Positions 16,350 to 25,793 of a stretch of DNA of 28,220 bases are shown one piece after another. The notes under the pieces are model-generated. The model was given only the letters and a program-made list of their open reading frames with translations. It did no database searches and was not told where the DNA came from. Both the position numbers and the translations under genes were made by a program. The first letter of the stretch is position 1. The number at the start of each line of letters is the position of its first letter. Origin of the DNA: Thermoproteota archaeon (GTDB taxonomy: Archaea; Korarchaeota; Korarchaeia; Korarchaeales; Korarchaeaceae); assembly GCA_027491435.1 (NCBI GenBank), contig JAOZFG010000025.1, positions 1-28,220 of the forward strand, in the 5' to 3' direction.

Positions 16350-17114
16350 ATGAGGGTGGAAGCCAGAGGAGTGACCGTAGCCTACGGCGACGAGGTCATC
16401 TTCAGAGAGGAGGACCTTCTAGTGGAGGGCAGCGGCCTTTACGTCATCATAGGACCCAACGGAGCTGGTAAGACAACCCTTTTCAAGGTGCTCCTTGGGC
16501 TGATAAGGCCAGTGAAGGGGAGGGTTTTCCTCAACGGTCAGGACGTCACTGGAAGGCCTGAAGTCGCAGGCAAGCTGGTTGGTTACGTGCCTCAGCTCAC
16601 CTCCTTGGACTTCCCCTTCCCGGTCAGCGTCGAGGAACTGGTGGAGTCGGCCGTGGCCCTGAGGAGGAGACCAATCAGGCTTTTCTTTCCAAGGGAGGAG
16701 AGGTGGAGGGTTGAGAAGGTCATGGAGGAGATGGGGATAAAGGACATAGCTGACAAGCCTTTAGGCAGCCTCAGCGGAGGACAGAGGCAGAGGGCTTTAA
16801 TAGCCAGGGCCCTGGTCTGGGACCCTCAAGTCCTCTTCATGGACGAGCCTGTCGCTTCAGTGGATCCTAGGGGCAAGGCCGAGATAGCGGAGAGGATAAA
16901 GGAGCTCTCCAGGGACAGGATGGTCCTGGTGAGCAGCCACGACCCCAGCCTCTTCCTTGACTCGGCCAAGGAGGTGATAGTGGTGAACAGGGGGATAGTG
17001 GCAAAGGGAAGGCCAGCTGACGTCATGAGGGCGGAGCTGCTCAGGGAAGTTTACGGAGGGGGAGTTTCCCTGGTGGAGAGGTGCGTTCACCTTGTGGACT
17101 CCCACATCGGTTGA
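16350..17114 (+). CDS. Mn/Zn-type metal ABC transporter ATP-binding subunit
   Basis: GPNGAGKTT, GYVPQ, LSGGQRQR, FMDEP, SHD; C-terminal C/H residues. Confidence 0.93.
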   Translation: MRVEARGVTVAYGDEVIFREEDLLVEGSGLYVIIGPNGAGKTTLFKVLLGLIRPVKGRVFLNGQDVTGRPEVAGKLVGYVPQLTSLDFPFPVSVEELVESAVALRRRPIRLFFPREERWRVEKVMEEMGIKDIADKPLGSLSGGQRQRALIARALVWDPQVLFMDEPVASVDPRGKAEIAERIKELSRDRMVLVSSHDPSLFLDSAKEVIVVNRGIVAKGRPADVMRAELLREVYGGGVSLVERCVHLVDSHIG

Positions 17115-17898
17115 GCTGGACGTGAGGTGGTTCCTGGTAGTTCTGATGGCCTCCCTAACCTACGGGGTCATGAGCCCCGTGGTTAAGGCGAGGCGCTTCC
17201 TCTTCCTGGCTGGAGCCCTACCGCACAGCGCTCTACTCTCAGCCCTACTCGCTATAGTCCTGGAGAGGACGCTGAACTTTCCATTTGAGGTGGGCTCCGT
17301 GATCCTGAGCCTCCTGCTGGTCTCCATGGTCTCCCTGCTAATAGCTAGGGGCCTGTCCCCTGACTCAGCTACGGCCATATTCGTCTCCTTCACCGTCTCC
17401 ATGACCACCATAGTGCTCTATTACATACTGACGGCCTTCCCCATGGAAACTAGCGTCTGGGCCCTGATAATAGGGGACCCCCTGCTGGTAACCTGGTCGG
17501 ACGTGAGGTTCGGCTTTCTGATAACCGTGGCCGTCGTCCTAGCCTTACTCCCGTTCTTGAGGGAGCAAATACTGCTGGGCGTGGACAGGGACTTTGTAAG
17601 GCTCTCAGGTGTAAGGCCAGAGTTCTACGACGCCATGCTGGTGGTGGCAATGGCCCTCTCAACGGTGGGCCTCCTCAAGGTGGTGGGCTTCGTGGTGGAG
17701 CACGTCATGATACTCTTGCCGGGGGTGATAGCTTCAGTGTACGCCAGGAGCGGCAGGCAGGCCGTCTTGGTATCAATGCTCGTCTCCCTGGCAGGCGGTC
17801 TTGTGGGCCTAATCCTGAGCCTCCTGACCGGGCTGGCCCCCTCCGGGGTTATAGGGCTCGTGCTCCTCTTCGCCTACCTGATGGTGAGCAGGAGATGA
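17092..17898 (+). CDS. Mn/Zn-type metal ABC transporter permease (ZnuB-like)
   Basis: ALPHSAL, GDPL, LKVVG and APSG motifs; multi-TM. Confidence 0.9.
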   Translation: MWTPTSVELDVRWFLVVLMASLTYGVMSPVVKARRFLFLAGALPHSALLSALLAIVLERTLNFPFEVGSVILSLLLVSMVSLLIARGLSPDSATAIFVSFTVSMTTIVLYYILTAFPMETSVWALIIGDPLLVTWSDVRFGFLITVAVVLALLPFLREQILLGVDRDFVRLSGVRPEFYDAMLVVAMALSTVGLLKVVGFVVEHVMILLPGVIASVYARSGRQAVLVSMLVSLAGGLVGLILSLLTGLAPSGVIGLVLLFAYLMVSRR

Positions 17899-18287
17899 GG
17901 AAGAGGAGGTTTGGGATCTCGTTACCCAGTCAGGTGGCGGAGGAGCTGGACGAGCTTGCCTCAACCCTGGAAGTCAACAGGTCAAAGCTGATAGAGGAGA
18001 TGGTCTCCCAGGGCATGGTGGAGAGGGGTCACCTGCTCAGGGAGCACAGGTGCACGGGCGTCCTGATGGTGGTGACCACTAAAGGGAGGGAGAGCGAGCT
18101 CTACAGGGTTTACAACGAGTTCAGGGGGGTGATAAAGTCCATAGCCCACTTCCACTCCAAGGGCCTATGCATGGACGTCCTCTTCATAGAAGAGGCGGAG
18201 AGCTCCGAAATAGCCAGCCTGGAAAAAGAGATAAGGAAGGTCAGGGTGTCGGTGGAACGATACTTCCCCGTATGCCACCTCTCCTGA
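17895..18287 (+). CDS. NikR/CopG-family ribbon-helix-helix regulator
   Basis: RFGISLP..ELDEL..NRSKLI RHH, plus C-terminal HFH...C metal-binding domain. Confidence 0.85.
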   Translation: MRKRRFGISLPSQVAEELDELASTLEVNRSKLIEEMVSQGMVERGHLLREHRCTGVLMVVTTKGRESELYRVYNEFRGVIKSIAHFHSKGLCMDVLFIEEAESSEIASLEKEIRKVRVSVERYFPVCHLS

Positions 18288-19032
18288 GCCTCCCGTCGAA
18301 GCCCAGCCAGAGGCCCAGTTTAACCTTTCTCAACACCTCCCTGGGGAAGACTGGACCGTCAACGCAGACCCTTAGCCCTAAGGGCTCTAAAACACAGGAC
18401 CCACACAGGCCCACGGAGCACCTTATCAGCCTCTCCATGGAGGCCTCCACCCTCACGCGAGAGGGGAAGAGGTTCAGGGCTCCCTCTATCATGGGCTCCG
18501 GCCCTGAAAGGTGGGCGTAATCCGGCCACTCCAGGTCCAGGTGCTCGATTACATAACCTTTAAGGCCGTAGCTCCCATCATCTGTGGTTATGACGGTCTC
18601 CCCTAGGTCCCTCATCACTCCCTCCAGCAGCACCTCCTCCCTGGTCCTGAAGCCCGCGTAGAACCTCACCTCGGCTCCTAAGTTGACGAGCTCCCTTCCC
18701 AGGTAGATCAGTGGAGCCACGCCGTACCCCCCGGCCACGAGCTCGTGCCTCCCCGGCGAGACCGTGAAGCCCCTCCCATAGGGCCCTCTCACCCAGAGCC
18801 TGTCCCCCTGGCCCAGGGAGTGGATGGCAGAGGTGACCTCACCCACCCTAGCTATTAGGAGCCAGGTCTCCCCCTCGGCCTCAGTGGCCACGCTTATCGG
18901 TACCTCGCCCACCCCGGGAACCCAGACCATCAGGTACTGGCCTGGCCTGGACCTGAGCTCCCCGTCCAGGACGAAGAGCTTCACCCTGGGGCTTAACCCC
19001 CTTACCTCCTTTACCTCAAGGGGGACGTGCAT
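18241..19032 (-). CDS. pyrK: Dihydroorotate dehydrogenase electron transfer subunit
   Basis: PGQY, RGPYG, AGGYGVAP, TDDGS, CSVGLCGSC...VCVDGPVF [2Fe-2S] motif; start at ATG 19032 with GGAGGG SD. Confidence 0.9.
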   Translation of the reverse strand: MHVPLEVKEVRGLSPRVKLFVLDGELRSRPGQYLMVWVPGVGEVPISVATEAEGETWLLIARVGEVTSAIHSLGQGDRLWVRGPYGRGFTVSPGRHELVAGGYGVAPLIYLGRELVNLGAEVRFYAGFRTREEVLLEGVMRDLGETVITTDDGSYGLKGYVIEHLDLEWPDYAHLSGPEPMIEGALNLFPSRVRVEASMERLIRCSVGLCGSCVLEPLGLRVCVDGPVFPREVLRKVKLGLWLGFDGRLRRGGIRGSIVPPTP

Positions 19033-19043
19033 TTTCCCTCCCG

Positions 19044-19505
19044 TTAAGGAGCTATTTCCCCTTCTCCCATCACTTCCCCGCAGTAGTGGCACTCCAGCTT
19101 CACCGGCTTCTTGGATAGAACTTTGAACCTGGGCTTCACGTGCTCCCTGGGCTGGTTGGTGACGCAGTTCGGGTTTATGCACTTGACTATCCCTTCTATG
19201 ACGTCGGGGAGCTCCACCTCCCTCTTCTCCACCACCTTGTAATCCCTGATTATGTTTATGGTGGCGGTAGGGGCTATTAGGGCGATCCTGTCCACCTCCT
19301 CCTTGCTCAGGAACCTGTCCTCCACCTTCACTATGTCCTTCCTCCCCAGCCTATCGCTTGCCACGTTCATCACTAGAGCCACTCTGTAGCCCTCCTCCCC
19401 TGTTATTCCCAGTATTTTGAGGACCTTCAGGGCCTTTCCAGCCGGTATGTGGTCTATTACAGTCCCGTTAGCTATCTTACTCACTATGAGCTTCTTCTCG
19501 TTCAT
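19044..19505 (-). CDS. pyrI: Aspartate carbamoyltransferase regulatory subunit
   Basis: [16 protein letters not shown]-x-NPNC..CHYC. Confidence 0.97.
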   Translation of the reverse strand: MNEKKLIVSKIANGTVIDHIPAGKALKVLKILGITGEEGYRVALVMNVASDRLGRKDIVKVEDRFLSKEEVDRIALIAPTATINIIRDYKVVEKREVELPDVIEGIVKCINPNCVTNQPREHVKPRFKVLSKKPVKLECHYCGEVMGEGEIAP

Positions 19506-20383
19506 CCTATCACCTCCTGAAGCAGGGCCATCCTCACAGGCACGCCGTTGGCGGCCTGCTTGAAGTAGAAGGCGTGCTCAGTCCTGTCGACCTCTGGATC
19601 TATTTCGTCGACCCTGGGCAGGGGGTGGAGTATCATCAACCCACCCTTCGCGTCCTCAAGCAGCTTCAGGTCCACCTTGTAGCTCCCCTTGACCCTCTCG
19701 TACTCGGCTGGGTCTGGGAACCTCTCCTTCTGGATCCTGGTGACGTAGAGGACGTCCAGCTCAGGGAGGACGCTCAGGTCAGTGAGCTCATAGTCCAGCT
19801 TAAGCCTCTCCAGGAGCTCCTGCTTTGGCTCTAACCCCTTAGGGGCTATCAGGTAAACCCGCTTGGGGTTAAACAGGGTCAGGGAGAGTATGAAGCTCCT
19901 GGCAGCCCTGCCATACCTGAGATCACCTAAAACCCCGTAGGTGAGGCCGTCCACACTGCCTTTCTCCCTCCAGACCGTGTAGAGGTCTATCATCGCCTGG
20001 GTTGGGTGCCTCTTGGACCCATCCCCCGCGTTTATGACGGGGGCCTCAGCCAACTCGGCTGCCAGCTTGGCGGCCCCCTCTATCCGGTGCCTCACCACTA
20101 TCGCATCTGCGTAGGCGTCCAGCATCCTTATGGTGTCTGAGAAGCTCTCCCCCTTCTGTATGGATGTGCCCTCAGCGGAGCTGAACCCTATGTAACCGCC
20201 CCCCAGCCTCAGGACTGCCGTCTCGAAGCTTAACCTGGTCCTGGTGCTGGGCTCGAAGAAGGCTAAAGCCACTACCTTCCCCCTGAGCTCGTCCCCTTCA
20301 AACCTGGTGGAGGCTATCCTGAAGAGCCTTTCCAGCTCGGACCTCTTGAAATCGAGGATGCATATCACGTCCCTACCCCTCAA
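19502..20383 (-). CDS. pyrB: Aspartate carbamoyltransferase catalytic subunit
   Basis: [29 protein letters not shown]. Confidence 0.98.
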   Translation of the reverse strand: MRGRDVICILDFKRSELERLFRIASTRFEGDELRGKVVALAFFEPSTRTRLSFETAVLRLGGGYIGFSSAEGTSIQKGESFSDTIRMLDAYADAIVVRHRIEGAAKLAAELAEAPVINAGDGSKRHPTQAMIDLYTVWREKGSVDGLTYGVLGDLRYGRAARSFILSLTLFNPKRVYLIAPKGLEPKQELLERLKLDYELTDLSVLPELDVLYVTRIQKERFPDPAEYERVKGSYKVDLKLLEDAKGGLMILHPLPRVDEIDPEVDRTEHAFYFKQAANGVPVRMALLQEVIG

Positions 20384-20952
20384 CCTCTCACCTCCTTCAG
20401 GTAGGAGAGGGCATATTCCCTCTCCTGAGGGGGGAGCGAGGGGAGCAGCTTCTCCACCAGCTCGGGCAACGTCAAAAGGCTCTCCAACCTAACTCCAACA
20501 TTTTCGAGGGCTTCCTCAGCTCCCTGCCTCCTGTCCACCACGACCAGGGCCCTCTCCACGATACCTCCCCTAGCCCTCACCTCCCTGACCGCCTTCAGCA
20601 GAGACCCTCCTGTCGTGGCCACGTCGTCAAGCACCAGAACCCTGGAGCCCCCCTTCAAGGAGCCCTCCATCAGTGACCTGGTTCCGTGACCTTTCCTCTC
20701 CTTCCTAACGTAGATTAGCGGGATCTTAAGGCTGAAGGCCACGGCAGTTGCCAGGGGGAGGCCCCCCACGGCTATGCCGCAGACGTATTCCTCCCTAACC
20801 CTCTCTGATAGCTCCCTCACCACCTCTGAGAAGGCCTCGGGGAAGGAGGGGAGAGGCCTCAGATCAACGTACACCGTGCTCTCCCTGCCTGAGGTCAGCT
20901 TGAACCTCCCGAACTTTATCATTCCGTTCCTGTAGAGGAGCTCGGCCATCAT
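20380..20952 (-). CDS. pyrE: Orotate phosphoribosyltransferase
   Basis: [32 protein letters not shown]. Confidence 0.96.
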   Translation of the reverse strand: MMAELLYRNGMIKFGRFKLTSGRESTVYVDLRPLPSFPEAFSEVVRELSERVREEYVCGIAVGGLPLATAVAFSLKIPLIYVRKERKGHGTRSLMEGSLKGGSRVLVLDDVATTGGSLLKAVREVRARGGIVERALVVVDRRQGAEEALENVGVRLESLLTLPELVEKLLPSLPPQEREYALSYLKEVRG

Positions 20953-21602
20953 AGGCTCTCCCTCTCCATCTCCACCACCTGCTCGGCAGCCCCCCTCGGA
21001 TCCTCGGACAAGGTTATGCTCCTGCCCACTATCTCGAAGTCCGCTCCAGCTTTTAGAGCCTCTCCAGGCTTGGCTCCTTGGAAACCCACCCCCGGAGAGA
21101 AGATCAGGGCCTCTGGAAGCCTCTTCCTGGCTTCCCTTATCATCTCCTGCCTAGTAGCCCCGACTACGATTCCCATCACCTTGAGCAGGTAGGCTTGGTC
21201 CAGGAGCTTGGTGAAGTTCCCCCTGACTATGTGGGACTCAGGGTGGCTCATGCCGGCCACCCCTATGACGTCTATTCCCTCGTACCTCCTGTGTCCAGTG
21301 AAGAGGTGTATTATGGCGGCGTCGAACCCCCAATCGGCGAACTTGCTGAGCACGTGCGACGTCACGTCTGGTATGTCCGCTAACTTGAAGTCAGCTATCC
21401 AGTAGTAGTCGGGAAACTCCCTGACCAGCGACCTTAGGCCCCCCCAGCCCACCTCCAAGGCCAAGGGGAATCCTACCTTCACGCCAACGGCCAGGCCTTC
21501 AAGCTCCGATAGGATTTCCCCTGGCTCAACCTTGTGAAAGTCCAGGGCCAGAATCAGCCGGGAGTTCAAGGAATTGGACCTCTCCAGAAGCTTCTCCCTT
21601 AT
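20949..21602 (-). CDS. pyrF: Orotidine-5'-phosphate decarboxylase
   Basis: LILALD, DFKLADIP, SPGVGFQG, IVGRSI. Start is either TTG 21569 or the in-frame ATA 21602. Confidence 0.95.
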   Translation of the reverse strand: MREKLLERSNSLNSRLILALDFHKVEPGEILSELEGLAVGVKVGFPLALEVGWGGLRSLVREFPDYYWIADFKLADIPDVTSHVLSKFADWGFDAAIIHLFTGHRRYEGIDVIGVAGMSHPESHIVRGNFTKLLDQAYLLKVMGIVVGATRQEMIREARKRLPEALIFSPGVGFQGAKPGEALKAGADFEIVGRSITLSEDPRGAAEQVVEMERESL

Positions 21603-21801
21603 TCGAACCCTTCCGAAGTGGAACCCTCACCTTATAAGCGTTTCCCGGGCACGAAGTTCACAGTTCGGTTGCGAGCTCCATGGACTGGGAAACCAGCCGC
21701 AGCGATTAGGTGAGGGGGAGCTTGGATGGGCCGTGTAAGGTCGTGTCAAGGGAAGCTCCTTCTACGGGGCCCCTGCGCCATTAGTAAAATTTAAATTAAA
21801 A

Positions 21802-21817
21802 GTAATTATTTAATTAC
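21802..21817. promoter_or_regulatory. Candidate ArsR operator GTAATTA-TT-TAATTAC downstream of TTTAAA
   Basis: 7-2-7 inverted repeat in an AT-rich promoter, 13 nt before the ArsR start. Confidence 0.6.
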
Positions 21818-21830
21818 GGGTTAAAGATGA

Positions 21831-22118
21831 ATGACGTGTGGGGAGCTAGCCAGGCTCACGTCAGCCTTGGGACACGAGGTGAGGTTGAGGGCGCTCTCCC
21901 TGCTGTCGGACGGGAGGGAGAGGTACTTGTCGGAGATAGCGGACTCCCTGGGGATAAGCCGAGCCTTGGCAAAGGTTCACCTGAAGGTGCTGGAGAGGGC
22001 TGGGCTGGTGGAATCGAGGCTAGTCCTGGACAGGGAGAGGGGGAAGGCCCTTCGTTACTACAAGGCGAGGGAGTTTGAGCTCCACCTAAACCTGGAGGTG
22101 TTGAGGGAGGTGTGCTGA
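21831..22118 (+). CDS. ArsR/SmtB-family wHTH regulator
   Basis: ALGHEVRLRAL..YLSEIADSLGISRALAKVHLKVLERAGLV..RYY. Confidence 0.9.
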   Translation: MTCGELARLTSALGHEVRLRALSLLSDGRERYLSEIADSLGISRALAKVHLKVLERAGLVESRLVLDRERGKALRYYKAREFELHLNLEVLREVC

Positions 22119-22573
22119 TGGATAAGCTGTCGTTCGGCTTGATCGGTGCTAGCATGCTCCTAGCCCTTATTGGGGCGTTCCTGTACGAGTATACTGGGAA
22201 CTTCGTCCTTGGGGTGACTTTCGCCGCCGGGTCAATAGCCATCTTAGCTCTGGTCGGTATGGCTAAGATGGGAGGGGTGTTGAAGGAGCTGGAGCGTAAG
22301 GAGTTCATGAGGGAGCATGAGGAAAGGGTATTCGAGAGGGACGGGGTTAGCGAAATCCTGGCGATCTTCTTGATATACGCTGGCCTCTACGTGCTGGGCT
22401 ACAAGATAGAGCCCGTGGTGCTGGGCATAATCGTAGCTGGATGGGTTGCAGTATCGGCGATAAGGGCTAGGAAGCCGTCTGAAGAGATGAAGAGGACGTT
22501 GGAGGAGCTACCAAAGAGCGTAGAGGAGCTTAAGAAGAGGGTAGAGGAGCTGAACCGCCTGTTGAAGGAGTAG
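22118..22573 (+). CDS. Membrane protein with C-terminal coiled coil
   Basis: About 4 TM segments and a heptad-like tail; TGATG coupling and GGAGGTG SD. Confidence 0.75.
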   Translation: MDKLSFGLIGASMLLALIGAFLYEYTGNFVLGVTFAAGSIAILALVGMAKMGGVLKELERKEFMREHEERVFERDGVSEILAIFLIYAGLYVLGYKIEPVVLGIIVAGWVAVSAIRARKPSEEMKRTLEELPKSVEELKKRVEELNRLLKE

Positions 22574-23047
22574 GGTCCAGAGTAGCAGGCCCTACCTCCC
22601 CTCGCTGTTTTTTAGGACAGAAGGCATCTTAACGTTGGTCATGGGCAGAGTTAGCTAACCTCAATGGAAAGGGCCTTCTGAGGGGGGCAGACCCCTGCTA
22701 AACACGTGATGAGCTGAGGAAGCTACGCCAGTCAGAAACGGGACAGGCTAATGGGTCAAGTTCAGGCGAGTGATGCCCTAGTTGGGAAGGCTTCACGAGT
22801 TATGCTTCACAACTTAAACTGAGTACATTATGAGAATGCGCGCTCGAGTGGATAATGCCTTCTCCCGAACCGGAGGTGAGCCAAGTCCAGATATGCTGTG
22901 AAGCTGCTCTAGAGTTATTGGAAGGACGAAAAGCCTTCTGGCGTAGTTCCTCTTAAGCCTCACACAGGTACATCGCCATTGGACGCTTAAAAAAGCTTAT
23001 AGGGTGTTTATGGGAAGTGAGAGGGCATAGAGATAGGAGGGGAAGAG

Positions 23048-24055
23048 TTGAGGCCTAAGGACGAGAGTGACCCCATCATCTCTAGGCTAGCTCCTGAGGA
23101 TCTGGAATGGCTACTTAAGAGGTCCTACGAGAGGGCAGAGAAGGAGGTCGTTAGGATAGCCAAAAATCCCGACATGTACAGGAAAGTTGAGGATATAATC
23201 TCCCGAATACCCACGAAACACAGGCTGTATCTGGGAGACTCCAGGGACATGGGCATGATCCCCGACGAATCGGTGCACCTGGTCGTGACCTCTCCCCCTT
23301 ACTGGACGATAAAGAAGTACCGCCCAATAGAGGGGCAGATAGGAGCTATACAGGATTATGAGAAATTCGTGGAAGAGTTGAATAAAGTTTGGAAGGAGGT
23401 TTACAGGGTCTTAGTCCCTGGAGGCAGGCTCGTTGTCGTGGTGGGAGATGTGCTCCTGCCTAGAAGGAAGCATGGAAGGCATATGGTGATCCCCTTACAT
23501 GCGGATATCCAGAGGTCTTGCATGAAGATGGGCTTCGAGAACTTAGCCCCCATCATATGGTACAAGATCGGCAACGTTAACAGGGAAGTCCCCGGGTCAG
23601 GGGGCTTTTTGGGTAAGCCCTACCAACCAAATGCCGTCATTAAGAACGACATCGAGTACATACTCATGTTCAGGAAGCCAGGATACAGGAAGGTCAGTCG
23701 GCTGAGGATGAAGCTCAGCGTTATACCCGAGAACAAATTCAAGGAGTGGTTCGTGCAGGTGTGGCAGATACCTGGAGCCTCCACAAAGGAACATCCGGCT
23801 CCTTTTCCACTGGAGCTCGCTGAAAGATTGATTAGAATGTTCAGTTTCGTGGGAGACACGGTTCTCGATCCCTTCGTTGGGACTGGAACCACCATGATAG
23901 CGGCCGCTAAATCGGGTCGGGATAGCATAGGTATAGAGATTGACCCTGAGTTCGTTAAGTTAGCGACCAAAAGGTTCCTGAGGGAGACAACAAATTTATT
24001 TGGAGTGAGTAAGCTCAAGGTCTTCGGAATCCAAGATGAGCAGCCCCTTCTCTAA
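23048..24055 (+). CDS. Beta-class amino-DNA methyltransferase (N4-C/N6-A)
   Basis: TSPPY catalytic motif precedes HPAPFP and DPFVGTGTT (SAM binding). SPPY suggests m4C but does not prove it. Confidence 0.93.
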   Translation: MRPKDESDPIISRLAPEDLEWLLKRSYERAEKEVVRIAKNPDMYRKVEDIISRIPTKHRLYLGDSRDMGMIPDESVHLVVTSPPYWTIKKYRPIEGQIGAIQDYEKFVEELNKVWKEVYRVLVPGGRLVVVVGDVLLPRRKHGRHMVIPLHADIQRSCMKMGFENLAPIIWYKIGNVNREVPGSGGFLGKPYQPNAVIKNDIEYILMFRKPGYRKVSRLRMKLSVIPENKFKEWFVQVWQIPGASTKEHPAPFPLELAERLIRMFSFVGDTVLDPFVGTGTTMIAAAKSGRDSIGIEIDPEFVKLATKRFLRETTNLFGVSKLKVFGIQDEQPLL

Positions 24056-24751
24056 CTGGGAAAAGCTCAATAAACAGATTATCGCTCAGGGGCTTTCTTT
24101 CTCTAGTATAAAGGATGACCTCCTCACAATCCTGGAGCGACTTGATAATCTATGGAGAGTGGGCAGGATATCCCAAGGGAAGTACCGACAGAAGGGAAAT
24201 AGTACAGGGACACAATTATCTCCCTAATAATTGCGAAATGCGAGTCGAAAGGTATCTCTATTTCCCTAAAAGAGAGGTTATTAAAGGGGAGAACTGACTT
24301 ACATAAAGTGGACTTTGCATACCCCTTAGAGGGCGATCCCGTCGTCACGGGAGAAGTGAAGGCAATTGGAAGCCCTGAACACGTCGGTTTTGATGAGAGA
24401 CACATAGGGATGGACATAGACAAGCGCGTGAAGGAAGTTAAGTACACCCCCGTAGATCTGAAGAGGAAATTCGATCCGTTAGTATCAAAGGATTGGTTTA
24501 CTTGGATAGAAGAAACCCGACCCAAATTTTACGTGTTTTGGATCATGAGACAGGGGGAAAGGAACTCGCTCAACAAGATTTTGGAGAAGGTTGCCTCTAT
24601 TAGAGAGTATGCCAACGGCGTTTCAGCGGTTATCTACGCACCAGCCGGCCCTCACTATCAATACGTATTTCTGGGCAGTGGACAACAGGCAATACTGTCA
24701 GTTGACGATCTAGTTAATGATATTTGTGACGTGATAAGTGGGACGAAATGA
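24036..24751 (+). pseudogene. Frameshifted putative type II restriction endonuclease (PD-(D/E)xK-like)
   Basis: The 5' frame (..YRQKGN) joins a -1 frame that is open from 24203 (YRDTIISLIIAK..HKVDFAY..GEVKAIG) to 24751; ~238 aa if repaired. Overlaps the MTase stop. Confidence 0.7.
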
Positions 24752-25273
24752 TAAGCCTTAGCCGCACGTCCAAGAGGGAGCCAGTGCCTCAGCGCTCACG
24801 CCGGTGATCAAAGCGCGGAGGTGGCCCTAGGTCAGCACCCCATGAAGCTTCTGTTTCCACCCTTCCGTACTCACTGTAGGGCGTCTTCACCTAAGGGACA
24901 AGGAATTAGGGCTCCTACAACGTACGACAGCATTATGGATAACTCCCTTTCACGCTTAGCGACTGCTCTCTGATTTCCCTGCGTGTCACGCTTCAGCCGC
25001 GCCAGGTCACGTGTACCACTCCCCTCTTTCCATGTTTAGACCCAGTTCTTCTAGCGGGAGGCCTCCACTATCAAATATCCCTCAGATTTGCCTATTGAAA
25101 ACGTGATGGGCTCTTCGGTCCGGTCAGGGATCTCTTGACCCCTCCAAACTTCCAGTGTTACCCTGTGCTTACAACACTTTTAAGTGTGAGCCGTCTTTAA
25201 CCTCCTGTTTTGAAACATTCTGATGGCTCTCTTAGTAGCGTCATTCCTTAATGGAGGTGTTAGGTGGGCCAAC

Positions 25274-25765
25274 ATGATCATCAGAAAGCTTTTGATAGCG
25301 CTTTTACCCCTACTTCTAGTTGCTTTACTGCTTATCATCGTTAGGAAGCCTGAAGTAGTTGAGGTCAGCCTTCAGGAGCTAACTCTGGACATGACCTGGA
25401 GGATAGTCCCGGCTGAGAGGCCAGTGCAGCCCATAATTAGGGGAGGGGTAGCTATTGTGAAGGTGTCGCTCAGGAGCCCCCTGCCGTCCGAGGGTCAGAT
25501 TACCTGCAGGGTCTGGCTAGAGGGCGAGCTTGCTGGAGAGGTGAAGAGGAAGGTCTCCGTGGGCTCAGGGGATGAGGAGATAACCCTTGAGGTACCCGTG
25601 AATCCAGGCAACGGTGTGGTGAACGTCCTCTACGAGTTCGCCGGGCTTGAGAGGGCCCCCCTCTACTACAGGGTGGAGGTCGAGCTTGGAGGCTCACACG
25701 CTTCCAAGGAGGGGGTGATCATGGTTTCGCTGCCGAGGCCCAGGCCCCTAAGTAAACGATTTTAA
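25274..25765 (+). CDS. Secreted/membrane-anchored beta-rich hypothetical protein
   Basis: RK + hydrophobic N-terminus, AGGTGG SD, beta-strand-like pattern. Confidence 0.65.
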   Translation: MIIRKLLIALLPLLLVALLLIIVRKPEVVEVSLQELTLDMTWRIVPAERPVQPIIRGGVAIVKVSLRSPLPSEGQITCRVWLEGELAGEVKRKVSVGSGDEEITLEVPVNPGNGVVNVLYEFAGLERAPLYYRVEVELGGSHASKEGVIMVSLPRPRPLSKRF

Positions 25766-25793
25766 GTCCCCTGGGAAGGCTAACCCGATAGGC

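Noticed and set aside
22675-22687. 13-nt identity CTTCTGAGGGGGG with 659-671
   Set aside because: Half is a G-run and it maps to the PAM-distal spacer end; not distinguishable from chance.
24194-24202. Slippery heptamer G GGA AAT as a programmed -1 frameshift restoring the nuclease
   Set aside because: A -1 slip there reads GGG AAA TAG, an immediate stop.
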